Origin: Patescibacteria group bacterium
Lineage (GTDB): Bacteria > Patescibacteriota > Minisyncoccia > Phycocordibacterales > JBBTRF01
DNA length: 64,000 nt
Assembly (NCBI GenBank): GCA_038065315.1
Contig: JBBTRF010000001.1
Location: forward strand, 161,642 to 225,641
Reading direction: 5' to 3'
Positions 19,359 to 29,517 of the stretch are shown piece after piece. The notes below the pieces were generated by a model. That model was not told where the DNA came from. It saw only the letters and a program-made list of their open reading frames with translations, and did not search any database. The translations under genes were made by a program, and so were the position numbers. Positions within the stretch are counted from its first letter, which is position 1. Each line of letters opens with the position of its first letter.

Positions 19359-19574
19359 TTACAATCGTTTAGTAATTCGTCCTTTGCCGCCGTACGGATC
19401 AACCTCCACTTTCACCTTGTCTCCGATCAGGACTCGAATGTGATTCATTCTCATCTTGCCCGCGAGATAGGCCATCATTTCCGTCTCTTGGCCATCGAGT
19501 CTCACCTTAAACAAGGTATTCGGAAGCGCCTCGGTGACGACTCCTAAAACGCCTGTATCTGGTTTTTTCTCCAT
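19359..19574 (-). CDS. infA: Translation initiation factor IF-1
   Basis: [13 protein letters not shown]...IRVL.GDKV. Confidence 0.97.
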   Translation of the reverse strand: MEKKPDTGVLGVVTEALPNTLFKVRLDGQETEMMAYLAGKMRMNHIRVLIGDKVKVEVDPYGGKGRITKRL

Positions 19575-19603
19575 ATATAAATCCTGTAAAAACAGTGAAT
19601 AGC

Positions 19604-19633
19604 ATCATAACAAAAATAGGCCACAAAAGTCAA
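19604..19633 (-). promoter_or_regulatory. Promoter of the infA-rpoA operon
   Basis: TTGACT-N18-TATGAT on the minus strand. Confidence 0.6.
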
Positions 19634-19654
19634 GTGTCTGGCTGTGGATTGGCG

Positions 19655-20911
19655 CTACAGCTCTGGTTCTACGACGGTAATACGGGCGACGTCATCTGGG
19701 AACGTGCTCCGCCAGAATGGTCGAACTACCGCCTTCATCGGGGTGACTTCGCTGAAATTCGCCATGATTTCCTTGAACTGAGCCGTTTTCTGAGATACCA
19801 GAGCGGCTGAGATGTTAGCAGCATTATAGAGCCACACGAAGCTCGCCGTGCCAGAAACCGCCAATTTCACCGGGTCACGATCGAAGACCCCTATCGACAT
19901 GTTCTGCGGGACGATTTCAAGACCTTCAAGCGTCGATAGGTCAATTGGTTTTTCATCGTAGCCATTCAATTGCTTCGTCGCGACAGCCATGGCGAGCGCC
20001 TTTCGTTCCATCACCAGTCCAGTAAGCACTACCTTCTGCGTCAAAATAACAGTATCGGTATCTTTGTTCTGATTCGGCAGCTGCTCGACATTAAACAGTG
20101 TCGCTCGATCGAAGAAAGCATAGCCAGCGGGAGTCTGCGCTGCAGCAGATGTTAGGAGACGAGCCTTGAGGTCAGCAATCATCGAATCACGAGCCGCCTT
20201 TTCATCGGCAGGCTTCACCACCCGAACTACCCCCTTGCTACCTCCGGTCATAGCTGTTTTTGAACGCGCGTAGATATTTTTATACTTGGTCGGACTGGTT
20301 TTAAATCCTGGAATAGTAAAGTCTGTGAGGCCGATGTTGTAATCGGAACCTGCAGTGTCGGCATAGACCGTGACCTCAATACTTCCGGGCACTGTTCCCT
20401 TCTTTCCTGGAACAGTGACCGGCTCAGAGATTCGGTAGATCAATCCTTCTGGTGTTTGGAAACGGGTATTACGAATGAGGCGCTGGGTGGATGCACTGTC
20501 ATTATTGTAGATCACTATCTGACCCGATGCTTTTTTCTCCTCCATGCGCGTACCCTGTGCAAGCACTTCTTTTTGGAGTTGATCTGAGAGTGTGACAAGC
20601 TGATATTGCAGATCGGAACCCTTCACTGAAGCAGTCTTGCTGGCCAACAGCGTGGTATTTACCGCCACTTTCTGACTAAGTGGAAGGACGGTGATAGTGG
20701 CACCAATAAAAAACGTGGAGACAACATAGAAAAGCACGCCGATACAGACGACGACCAGTGCCCAAAGAATACTGCGACGGATTTTTGCATGCGAATCATG
20801 GCCAGTATCGTTTCCACCTCCGCGCGCAGACGGTGAGCGGAGTGAAGCAGGGATAATCCGAATACTTCGTCGTTCTGAAGGTCGCACATCATTGATAATA
20901 GGCCTCGACAT
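19655..20911 (-). CDS. Membrane-anchored hypothetical protein with a probable baseplate-J-like beta domain
   Basis: Single N-terminal TM, then 'A.G.I.IYN...TRF...G..Y....V.VPG...V.AD..G..YN' pattern recalled from CPR proteins; start at ATG 20911. Confidence 0.55.
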   Translation of the reverse strand: MSRPIINDVRPSERRSIRIIPASLRSPSARGGGNDTGHDSHAKIRRSILWALVVVCIGVLFYVVSTFFIGATITVLPLSQKVAVNTTLLASKTASVKGSDLQYQLVTLSDQLQKEVLAQGTRMEEKKASGQIVIYNNDSASTQRLIRNTRFQTPEGLIYRISEPVTVPGKKGTVPGSIEVTVYADTAGSDYNIGLTDFTIPGFKTSPTKYKNIYARSKTAMTGGSKGVVRVVKPADEKAARDSMIADLKARLLTSAAAQTPAGYAFFDRATLFNVEQLPNQNKDTDTVILTQKVVLTGLVMERKALAMAVATKQLNGYDEKPIDLSTLEGLEIVPQNMSIGVFDRDPVKLAVSGTASFVWLYNAANISAALVSQKTAQFKEIMANFSEVTPMKAVVRPFWRSTFPDDVARITVVEPEL

Positions 20912-20987
20912 ATCGGTAGTATAGCAAATTTTCACGCGTTGTACCCGTGAAAAACTGTTGATAAAGGGTATTAAACCTCAGGTCACC

Positions 20988-22235
20988 TTATCCGATCTTT
21001 GAAATAAATAGTGCGCTAATGAGCAAGTTCACCGCGTGTACTTCTGGCGCATCCACTTCGTAGTGTTTCTTGAGAAAAGCCCGATCAAGAGAGATCACCG
21101 AGAATGGCGTACCGTCTGAGGCACCGTGACCGAGCGAATGATCAGAGACGAGTTCCGCAAAAAAGGATTGTAGTCGGTCTTCAGCGACAACAATCATCGT
21201 GCCTGGCACAAAACACTCTTCAGACAACAGGCCGATAGACTCCGAGACCGAGCTTTGCCACTCGCTCGAAGCTTTTTTAAGAAGCGGAGCGACTTTCGCC
21301 TTTGTTTCATCCGACAAAGCATCAAGGCCGTGTAGAGAAAGAACCGAAAGGGCCGTCTCTGGAGAAATACCCGCGCCTTTTTTCAGAGCACGGAGAAAAT
21401 GCTCCGCTCCCATCGGCACGGTGATCGTCTGCATCGCCACACCCTTCTTCACAATAGTAAAATCCGACACCTCACCATCAACATCCACCAACAAAAAATG
21501 CTGCGGGATGGATGGCACATTGCGCACCACTGAAACAGTGACGAGCGGAAACGTATGGAAATCAATCACTGCTCGGCGAAATACCCCCTGCACCTGTGCT
21601 CGCACTTGTTTCAATAGCTCACTACCAACAATACTGAAATACAGAGCAACGTCCATTTCTTTGTACTTCTTCCCTTTTGGCTGAGCGGTCTCGTAGCCGT
21701 TTAAGGAAATTCCGACAATATGCTTCTCGACAAGCTCAAGCTCCTCATGAAAGCGTTCACCGAATTCGCTCGTCGCAAAGGCGTCGCAGAACGTATGTGC
21801 TTCACGCAGCACCAATTCATCGAGCGACTTCTCCGAAAAAGGCTCCGGGGTATCTTTCACTTCACGGATGATCTTTGTCTGCGACAGAAACCATGGCGAG
21901 GCGAAGGTGCAGTGGACCGAGAGCACGGCATCTGCTCTCAATGAGCCTATCTTTGTAAAAGTGAGGTGAGGGAGGCCTTCTTTTTCGATCCGCTCTATCA
22001 CCTTTTTCAACACCAGTACGATTGCCTCATTCATATCCTCATTCGGACGATGTAAGGGAAAAGTCTCGTCGCAAGAAAAGAGGATCTTTGGAGCATGACA
22101 CAGACCCGACGGTGAATGCATGTCGCCGCAATCTCGCAGTGCCAATGCACCGGAGACTCTCTCGCCCTCGATATGGATCAGGACGACCGGTTCTTTTTCC
22201 TTCCTCGAATGCGTACCAAAAGACAGCAGACTCAT
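20988..22235 (-). CDS. FtsA/PilM-like actin-fold protein (divergent)
   Basis: SLNGY, LLVDVDGEVSD, T.PMG...F pattern of the FtsA C-terminal lobe. Confidence 0.6.
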   Translation of the reverse strand: MSLLSFGTHSRKEKEPVVLIHIEGERVSGALALRDCGDMHSPSGLCHAPKILFSCDETFPLHRPNEDMNEAIVLVLKKVIERIEKEGLPHLTFTKIGSLRADAVLSVHCTFASPWFLSQTKIIREVKDTPEPFSEKSLDELVLREAHTFCDAFATSEFGERFHEELELVEKHIVGISLNGYETAQPKGKKYKEMDVALYFSIVGSELLKQVRAQVQGVFRRAVIDFHTFPLVTVSVVRNVPSIPQHFLLVDVDGEVSDFTIVKKGVAMQTITVPMGAEHFLRALKKGAGISPETALSVLSLHGLDALSDETKAKVAPLLKKASSEWQSSVSESIGLLSEECFVPGTMIVVAEDRLQSFFAELVSDHSLGHGASDGTPFSVISLDRAFLKKHYEVDAPEVHAVNLLISALFISKIG

Positions 22236-22273
22236 GCCAATATTGTATCACGAATCAAATCGTCCAGTTGTCA

Positions 22274-24244
22274 CTAAGCCAACACGGCCTTGATCCGTCG
22301 CACGCCGGCAGACACGGCTTCTTCTTTGGCGATCTTAAACCTCCACGCGCCTGCCGGCCCGGCGAGCTCCTTGGTATTTTTCACGTGAGGGCCACCGCAG
22401 AATTCTTTTGAGTAGGCGGTCTGCACAGCATCAATACCGGAGCCCTGCCCGCCGATAAAGTAGACGGTCACCTTGTCACCATATTTGTCACCAAAGAAAT
22501 GCAGGGCGCCCAACTTCTCAGCTTCAGCTTTCGGAAGCTCGATCACTTGCATCGGGAGTGCTGCTGAGATCTTCTCATTGATAATCGCCTCGACACGCTT
22601 CTTTTCGTCGTCGGTCATCTTGGTGCCATGAGCAAAATCGAAACGCAGTCGCTCTGCAGTGATGTTGCTACCCTTCTGCTGTACATGCGTACCAAGCACG
22701 TCGCGCAGTGCCTGATGAAGCAAGTGCGTCGCAGTGTGATACTTCACCGACATCTCATCGGCATCAGCAAGACCGCTTTTGAACTTTTGTGCAGCGCCTG
22801 CACGGGAAAGTGCTCTGTGTGCTTCGAGTAGACCATCTACTTCATCCCAACTATCGACTGTGATTTTTCTTAAACTCACTTCTTCCTTAATTAACTCCTT
22901 AGGGAAACCGTAAGTAGTAATTAATTTAAACACTTGTTCCGAAGTCAGAACATTATTATACGGCTGCTTGAAAAATTCATTCTTTTGTTCTTGCGTACTG
23001 ACGATCCCAGACTTTATTCTTATAAACTCGTCAAATACTTTCAGACCGTCTTTAAGAGTCTTTCTAAAGCGTTCTTCCTCAGCTTCGATTTCTTTCCTGA
23101 CGGACTCAGTCTTCGCCACAAGTTCTGGATACGCCTCCTGATACATTGAAACAACCACTTCGACGAGGCCGGAGAGAACACTTTTCGTGACACCGAGTGA
23201 ATCACTGAACCGCACCGCTCGTCGCAACAGGCGACGCACGTAGTATCCCTGATCGGTATTCGAGGGAAGCACGCCATCCGCGATCAAAAAGACCGATGCC
23301 TTCATGTGGTCGGCGATGATTCGGAAAGCTTTTGTCTGAGCCGCATCAACACCATACTTCTTCCCGGAGACGCTTTCGATATAGTCGAGGATCGGACGGT
23401 GATTCACTTCGATGATATCGGCACAATCGGCAGTCGCCATCGCGAGCCGCTCCAAGCCGCCACCGAAGTCGACATTGCTTTTTGGAAGTTTTGAAAATGT
23501 GCCGTCGACATTCTTCTTGTACTCCATGAACACGTTGTTGCCAATCTCAAGGAAGCGGCCGCAGTCGCAGTTTGGGTGACAGTGCGGACCAAACTTTGTG
23601 TCGTGAGCGACGTCGGAAAATTCAAAAAACATTTCGGAGTCAGCACCACCTGGCTCGCCTGCCGGCATCTTCTCTGGCACGCCAGCGCGGCTCCACCAAT
23701 TCTTCTTGGCGTCATAGTAAAAGATGCGACCGCCCTGCATGCCTACTTGGTAGCCATTTTCTTCGCTGCCGATCTCGACTTCTTTTGTCTCAATCCCTTT
23801 TTGCGCAAAGAGTTTTTTCCACAGAGCCGCGGCTTCGGTGTCTTTCGGGATGTGGTTTTTCTCGTCGCCGATGAAAGCGGTCACATAGAGCTTGTTCGGA
23901 TCGATGCCGATCTCTTCTGTGAGGAATTGAAACATCCATTCGATCTGATCTTTCTTGAAATAATCGCCGAGCGACCAATTGCCGAGCATCTCAAAAAAAG
24001 TGGTGTGGCGATTGTCGCCGACTTCATCAATATCAACGGTGCGGAAAGACTTCTGCGAATCCGCAATACGTGTACCGAGCGGATGCGCTTCGCCGAGCAG
24101 GTACGGCACCATTGGCTGCATGCCGGAACCGGTGAAGAGAGTTGTTGGGTCGTTCTCAGGCACGAGCGGCGCCGACGGAACAATGGCATGGCCCCGCTTC
24201 TCAAAGAATTTCAGATACCGGCTGCGGATGTCGTGGGATTTCAT
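22274..24244 (-). CDS. alaS: Alanine--tRNA ligase (no C-Ala domain)
   Basis: SGMQP, HTTFFEMLGNWS, DFGGGLER, HTATHLLH, EFCGGPHV, AGVRRI; start MKSHDIR at 24244. Confidence 0.97.
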   Translation of the reverse strand: MKSHDIRSRYLKFFEKRGHAIVPSAPLVPENDPTTLFTGSGMQPMVPYLLGEAHPLGTRIADSQKSFRTVDIDEVGDNRHTTFFEMLGNWSLGDYFKKDQIEWMFQFLTEEIGIDPNKLYVTAFIGDEKNHIPKDTEAAALWKKLFAQKGIETKEVEIGSEENGYQVGMQGGRIFYYDAKKNWWSRAGVPEKMPAGEPGGADSEMFFEFSDVAHDTKFGPHCHPNCDCGRFLEIGNNVFMEYKKNVDGTFSKLPKSNVDFGGGLERLAMATADCADIIEVNHRPILDYIESVSGKKYGVDAAQTKAFRIIADHMKASVFLIADGVLPSNTDQGYYVRRLLRRAVRFSDSLGVTKSVLSGLVEVVVSMYQEAYPELVAKTESVRKEIEAEEERFRKTLKDGLKVFDEFIRIKSGIVSTQEQKNEFFKQPYNNVLTSEQVFKLITTYGFPKELIKEEVSLRKITVDSWDEVDGLLEAHRALSRAGAAQKFKSGLADADEMSVKYHTATHLLHQALRDVLGTHVQQKGSNITAERLRFDFAHGTKMTDDEKKRVEAIINEKISAALPMQVIELPKAEAEKLGALHFFGDKYGDKVTVYFIGGQGSGIDAVQTAYSKEFCGGPHVKNTKELAGPAGAWRFKIAKEEAVSAGVRRIKAVLA

Positions 24245-24261
24245 TGAAAACAATACTCGGT

Positions 24262-24447
24262 TTAATTGGTAGCTTTCTTTAATGTATTCAACGTTCTTCG
24301 CATCCACTCCGGGTCTTGTGCGGCGCAGTGGTCAAAAATGAGATCAAAGCCGCCTTCTTCCTTGAGAAGCAGTTCCTTGAGTTCACGTCGCTCCACTTCA
24401 GTAAAAGACTGACTGCCCTCTGGGTTTGGTTGCGATGAAGTTTCCAT
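24262..24447 (-). CDS. Small hypothetical protein (61 aa)
   Basis: Fills the gap upstream of alaS; protein-like composition; TG-TATACT upstream. Confidence 0.5.
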   Translation of the reverse strand: METSSQPNPEGSQSFTEVERRELKELLLKEEGGFDLIFDHCAAQDPEWMRRTLNTLKKATN

Positions 24448-24530
24448 GTGTATTCGAGGTATTTAGCGTGGTCGAATCTGTAGAAAACAGTATAGCAAAA
24501 AGGCCGAAAATCGGCCATTTTCGAGGGGTA

Positions 24531-24560
24531 TTGACTTTTTACTACTTATTGTGCTATAAT
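24531..24560 (+). promoter_or_regulatory. Sigma70 promoter of the 24612 gene
   Basis: TTGACT-N18-TATAAT with extended TG. Confidence 0.7.
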
Positions 24561-24611
24561 ACATTTCAGGAAAGGACGGGCTGAGTAAACCAACAGCTCA
24601 AGCAGAAAAAC

Positions 24612-25055
24612 ATGAAAAAGTTCCTCGAAAAATGGCGCGCAGCTCTTTGTGCGATCGCCGTAATGGCAGTAATCCCCGTTGGCATCATTGCATATCCAAT
24701 GCTCAAGCTCTCTGGCGAGAACAAGATCGTGGTGGAAACCCTCTACAGCGACGGCATCATGCCAGCCATGAACTCAGATGACGGCTTCACCGGTGAGATT
24801 ATCAAGGTGGTAACGCCGACGAAAAGCAAGGTCGTGATGCTCGGCATACGGCAGTCGTCCGTGCGACCCGGCAGCGAGGTCATCAACAACGTCGCAAACG
24901 CAATCTTCTTTGCCATCGGCGACGAGACGATGCGGGTGGGCGAGAAAGTCCATGTCAGGAAGTATTGGCACGCGCCGCACAACCAACTCAGCCAAAACTA
25001 CACCGTCTGGCTCGCTGCCAAGCTCGACACCAACCAGGTCGCCGAGAAGAAGTAG
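24612..25055 (+). CDS. Hypothetical membrane-anchored/exported protein
   Basis: N-terminal basic + hydrophobic segment; own promoter and terminator. Confidence 0.7.
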   Translation: MKKFLEKWRAALCAIAVMAVIPVGIIAYPMLKLSGENKIVVETLYSDGIMPAMNSDDGFTGEIIKVVTPTKSKVVMLGIRQSSVRPGSEVINNVANAIFFAIGDETMRVGEKVHVRKYWHAPHNQLSQNYTVWLAAKLDTNQVAEKK

Positions 25056-25109
25056 CCAACGAAAACCAAAGGTACGCCGACTACCTCTCGCAAGAGAAAT
25101 TGTCGGAAC

Positions 25110-25139
25110 AACTGCAACACTTGTTGCGGTTTTTTGTTT
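25110..25139 (+). terminator. Intrinsic terminator
   Basis: AACTGCAACA-CT-TGTTGCGGTT followed by T-tract. Confidence 0.6.
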
Positions 25140-25141
25140 CC

Positions 25142-26953
25142 CTACTTAATCATCCCCGCCCCTTTGGCCAGCTTCTCGAGACGTGCGATGTCGTCCTCAA
25201 TAGCGCGAATGCCGTCGGCGAAGAATTCGGGTTTGGTGACGTCGATACCGATGTCCTTGAAAATATCCTCTGGCGACTTGCTGCTGCCGGCGCTCAAAAA
25301 CTGCTCGATCTTTTTCAGATAGCTCTTGTCCTGCTTGTATCGCTGATACAGCGCGCGCGAGATCAAAAAGCCGTACGCATAAGTGTATGTATAGAAGAAA
25401 TAGCGAATATGCACCCACCAGACAAAGCGGTAGCCGTCGTCCGGATGCAGCTTCACATTTGGCCCGAGGTAGGCGGCCATTTCTTTGTTCAAGAGCGCAG
25501 CGATCTCAACACCCGACAATGCACCCTTCTCGCGAATCGCACGATGCAACGCCAGCTCAAAGTTGAAGCAAGCTACTTGGGTAAACACGGTCATGATGGC
25601 GTCGTTGATACGGTCATGGAGCGCAATGATCTTTTCTTTTTCAGTCAATGTCGCAAACACCTCTTCGAAAGCAAAGTTTTCAAACAAGGTGCTCGCCGTC
25701 TCGGCTACCGAGGTCGAGAAACCGCGCGACAGTATAGGCTGGCGTGCATTGCTGAGCTCGCTATGAATTGCATGCCCCATCTCATGCGCCAAAGTCATCA
25801 CGCCATCCATAGTGCCCGAATGATTGAGCAAAATGAATGATGGCAACACGGTACCGCACGTGCAGAAACCGCCGCCTCGCTTCCCTTTGCGAGGAAACAC
25901 ATCGATCTGTCCATTCTTCAAAAATCGCTCGAAGATTTCGACATACTGTGGACCAACCTTTTCGAAGGCTCGCGTCGTGATCTGCACCGCCTCATCAAAA
26001 TTCACCTTTCGCGACACCTTCCCGACATCCGCACCACGATCGGCAAATTCGAGCTTCGGCACCTTGAGCAATTTCGCCTTCAGCTTGTGGAAACGGTGCG
26101 CCACCGGAAAGGCCCTGGTCGTCGTGTTCACGAGATTCAAGACAGTCGCCTCGTCGTTTTGGTACCCGAGCAAGGTCGCGGTGTACGGCTCCTTCAAGCC
26201 GCGAAGTTCATCATTAATTTTCTTGTCGGTGCAGATCGCATTCATCTCCGCCTCAGCAAAAGCGCCGATATCCTTCAGCTTCGTTCGTACATCCGCCCAA
26301 AGTTTCCGTCGGGTCTTCAGTGGCAAGCTTGGAATCTTGTTGATCGCCTCTGCAATTGGAATAGTCTTCCCTGCGAGCTTCACCGTCTGCGCCGCAAGCA
26401 GTTTGGCATGACCATCTACCCAGAGCGAATAGGACGGGAGCGACTTCAGATTGAGAATTTTCTCCTCAGCCTCGGAAAGATCGTACTTACTCGTGTCAAA
26501 AATATGCTTCAAGTAGTATCGAAATTGTTCGAGCTTTTTGCTCTTGAGGAAACGCGCCTGTGCCTCAGGAGCAATCTTGCCGAGCATCAACGGGAAGAAG
26601 ACAATTTTGTTGCCTGTCTTTGCCAACCGTGCCGAGAGCGCTGTGCTTTTCGCTTCGGCCACCGTATCGGCTGAATTGATCTCGCGCACCATGCCGAGAT
26701 AAAAAGCTGGCTTGAAACCCGCACCGATCTCGCAGAGTTTCTGCCAATCGGTGAGCGCCACAAGTAACGCATCTTCGTCCGTCATGTATGCCGGAGTAGC
26801 TACCCCCTGAGGCTTGTACTTTTTTTCAAAAGAGTCATTCGCCGCCTCGAGCTTCTTCACATCCGCCTCGATACGCGGATCCTCGTGGGAAGAGTAGAAC
26901 ATACCCAGATTCCACTCAGTACAATATGCCGGCTTTTTTGCAGTCTTTTTCAT
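25142..26953 (-). CDS. pepF: Oligoendopeptidase F (M3B peptidase)
   Basis: W.L..., GKRGGGFC, HEMGH, AETAS, H..Y.FY.Y.YAYG. Confidence 0.9.
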   Translation of the reverse strand: MKKTAKKPAYCTEWNLGMFYSSHEDPRIEADVKKLEAANDSFEKKYKPQGVATPAYMTDEDALLVALTDWQKLCEIGAGFKPAFYLGMVREINSADTVAEAKSTALSARLAKTGNKIVFFPLMLGKIAPEAQARFLKSKKLEQFRYYLKHIFDTSKYDLSEAEEKILNLKSLPSYSLWVDGHAKLLAAQTVKLAGKTIPIAEAINKIPSLPLKTRRKLWADVRTKLKDIGAFAEAEMNAICTDKKINDELRGLKEPYTATLLGYQNDEATVLNLVNTTTRAFPVAHRFHKLKAKLLKVPKLEFADRGADVGKVSRKVNFDEAVQITTRAFEKVGPQYVEIFERFLKNGQIDVFPRKGKRGGGFCTCGTVLPSFILLNHSGTMDGVMTLAHEMGHAIHSELSNARQPILSRGFSTSVAETASTLFENFAFEEVFATLTEKEKIIALHDRINDAIMTVFTQVACFNFELALHRAIREKGALSGVEIAALLNKEMAAYLGPNVKLHPDDGYRFVWWVHIRYFFYTYTYAYGFLISRALYQRYKQDKSYLKKIEQFLSAGSSKSPEDIFKDIGIDVTKPEFFADGIRAIEDDIARLEKLAKGAGMIK

Positions 26954-26994
26954 GCCCTACACTATACGTCAAAAAGGCGGCGGCGCAAAACGGG

Positions 26995-27858
26995 CTAGCA
27001 CACGCTCGCCAACTCCTCTTTCACTTCGGCGATTTTGCTGGACGAGAGGCCTATCGAGGTCAGTACAGACGGATCGGCATTGAGTGCCTTGCACAGTACG
27101 ATGCCTCGACGAAAGAGTTCCTGTCGGTGACTGTCGCTGAGCGTGCTGATGCAGGTGAGCGGATGCAGGCCAGACTCCTCGATCCACTGTTCGAGGTTTT
27201 CTTTTTCTGGATAGTTCCAGCCGATCATTTTTAGGCCGGCACATTTGCCATAATCGATAGCGGTCTGAGTAAATTTTGTATTCGTCACCAGCCAGCCCTC
27301 GCCAAATGGACGCTTCTTGCCGCCGTAATCAAAACTCTGCGAGCGTAGGTCATCAAATCGTGCCTTCACATAAAGGGCAACCTTCAGGTCGGTCTTAAAT
27401 CCGAGCTCGTTGTGGAATTTCAATTCGCACATGATGAGGTCTGGGCCAGCGAGGACAGCCGTCTCGGTCGCGCCGTCTTTGTACGCCACCACGTCCACTT
27501 CATGCGGTACACAGGCACCCCGCACTGTCTGGTCGGTGAGGGCAGTGTAGCCTTTTGCACGGAATACTTCGGCGATAAATTTCTCGAAGGGAAAGCCGGT
27601 GGGGCCGAGGCCGGCGAGGGCGCGGCGAAGAGAATACTTCGCCGCTACCGGCTTCTGGTGCTGCCGCAACAGATTGAATGCGTGATGATAGATATCGTTC
27701 GTCGTCACTCCTTCCACCAATTCACCTTGAATGTGCGCAACAATCTTCTCGATGACGGCATCGTCTGCTCCAACACGCTTCAACGAATAAACAAGCTTCT
27801 CCGGACGGAAAGCTTGTTTACTACCATCAGCCTTTAAAATATGTACTGAGGAATTCAT
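26995..27858 (-). CDS. ATP-cone domain plus Mrr-like PD-(D/E)xK restriction-endonuclease-fold protein
   Basis: N-terminal ILKADG...F...KL (ATP cone); GFPFEKF, HEVDVVA, CELKFH, VTNTKF. Confidence 0.75.
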   Translation of the reverse strand: MNSSVHILKADGSKQAFRPEKLVYSLKRVGADDAVIEKIVAHIQGELVEGVTTNDIYHHAFNLLRQHQKPVAAKYSLRRALAGLGPTGFPFEKFIAEVFRAKGYTALTDQTVRGACVPHEVDVVAYKDGATETAVLAGPDLIMCELKFHNELGFKTDLKVALYVKARFDDLRSQSFDYGGKKRPFGEGWLVTNTKFTQTAIDYGKCAGLKMIGWNYPEKENLEQWIEESGLHPLTCISTLSDSHRQELFRRGIVLCKALNADPSVLTSIGLSSSKIAEVKEELASVC

Positions 27859-27870
27859 TCCTGCTCCCTA

Positions 27871-28344
27871 CTAGCCCTTGATATTGACGTTAAAACTGTC
27901 GAGATCTTGATTGTCTGGCACTTCAAACAAATTCAAACGGAGCTTCTTGCCATTGAGAGTCGCTGAGAGGAGAATATCCTTCACTGCCTCGAAAGATAGC
28001 TTGAAGGGCTTTGAGGTGATGACCTGGGCACACATCTCAGAGGTTGAAGTCGAGGTAAACACGAGAGTGTATCCAGTGGTGTTGTTGGCGTCTTTGTTGT
28101 ATGCACTTGCGAGAGAGTGACATGGGGTCGGTAGGTCGATCTCACCTACATAGATGTGTCGGCCATCCTTGTACTGATGCTTCACATTCACCATCTGAAC
28201 ATATTCATCCTGAGCAACCGGTGTCTGTGTGGTATCACCCACATCAGGAGTACTTGGCGTCGAGAGCCAATAGATGCCGAGTGCCAACAAAACAATGACG
28301 ACTACGCCGATAACCCAGCTCTTCATGTTGCTATTTGATTCCAT
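27871..28344 (-). CDS. Hypothetical membrane-anchored protein
   Basis: N-terminal TM; LPTPCH...CAQVIT motif. Confidence 0.65.
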   Translation of the reverse strand: MESNSNMKSWVIGVVVIVLLALGIYWLSTPSTPDVGDTTQTPVAQDEYVQMVNVKHQYKDGRHIYVGEIDLPTPCHSLASAYNKDANNTTGYTLVFTSTSTSEMCAQVITSKPFKLSFEAVKDILLSATLNGKKLRLNLFEVPDNQDLDSFNVNIKG

Positions 28345-28386
28345 GTGAATGTGATGGTGAATATGCCCGAGTGAATAATACCTGTA

Positions 28387-29517
28387 TTATACTCCCTTCT
28401 CGATGATCCCGCCACCGACACAGACGCCGTTTTGATACAAAACCACCGACTGTCCAGCGGCCGCAGCAAATTGTGGTGCGGCAAAATGAAGCTGATATTG
28501 GGCACTTTTACCGGATATGGCCGTGATCGTGCATCGCTCGAGTGGCTGTCGATAGCGAATCCGCGCAGCACATTCAGCACCGTTTTTCACCGCTTGTCCA
28601 GTCCAACTGATGCTCCCGATGATGACAGTCGAGGTCGTGAGTGGGGACGCTTCAACATCACGTTGCGATACTGTAATGATATTTGCCTCAACATCCTTCG
28701 CGAAAACATACAATGGCTTGTCCGCAATCGTCTTTTCGGTGACCATGAAGCCGTGACGCTGTCCGAGTGTGAAGAATGTCGCGCCATCATGTGAGCCGAT
28801 CGTCTTCCCTGCCTCATCCAACACCTTGCCCGCATTTTTTGGAATATAGTGTGCGAGAAAATCCTTCATATCCACCTTGCCGATAAAACAGAGACCTTGG
28901 CTATCTTTCTTCTCGGCGGTCGGCAGCCCAAATTTCTGAGCGAGCTTCCGCACTTCAGGCTTCGTGAGATGGCCTATCGGAAATAGTATTTTCGAAAGTC
29001 GCTCCTGCGTGAGCGTCCACAAGAAGTATGTCTGGTCTTTGTCCGTGTCGGCAGATTCGCGCATTTCCCACAAGCCGACAGTGCCCGCTGCGGGATTGAA
29101 CATATTTTGTGCGTAATGCCCTGTCGCCACAGCGTCTGCACCCATCGCCAGCGCCTTTTTCAAAAAAGCACCGAATTTAATCTCCTTGTTGCACATCACG
29201 TCTGGATTCGGCGTGCGGCCGCGGCGATATTCTGCGATCATATAGTCCACCACCTCTTCTTTGTACTCTTTTTCGAGGTCAATGGTCACAAACGGAATAT
29301 CCAGCACGGCTGCCACTCGCATCGCATCGAGCCGCTCCTCTTTCCAATTGCACGGCAAAAAATCCGGTTGCCACACCTTCAAAAATACCCCTGTCACGTG
29401 GTACCCGGCCTCTTTGAGCAAAGCCGCTGACACGGAGCTGTCCACTCCACCAGACATGCCGACGAAGAGCTTCTTGCCTAAGGGTTTCTGCCCCTCTTTT
29501 TGTCGATCCTGAATCAT
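28387..29517 (-). CDS. mnmA: tRNA-specific 2-thiouridylase
   Basis: SGGVDSS, TPNPDVMCN, ATGHY, KDQTYFL, DSQGLCF. Confidence 0.97.
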   Translation of the reverse strand: MIQDRQKEGQKPLGKKLFVGMSGGVDSSVSAALLKEAGYHVTGVFLKVWQPDFLPCNWKEERLDAMRVAAVLDIPFVTIDLEKEYKEEVVDYMIAEYRRGRTPNPDVMCNKEIKFGAFLKKALAMGADAVATGHYAQNMFNPAAGTVGLWEMRESADTDKDQTYFLWTLTQERLSKILFPIGHLTKPEVRKLAQKFGLPTAEKKDSQGLCFIGKVDMKDFLAHYIPKNAGKVLDEAGKTIGSHDGATFFTLGQRHGFMVTEKTIADKPLYVFAKDVEANIITVSQRDVEASPLTTSTVIIGSISWTGQAVKNGAECAARIRYRQPLERCTITAISGKSAQYQLHFAAPQFAAAAGQSVVLYQNGVCVGGGIIEKGV

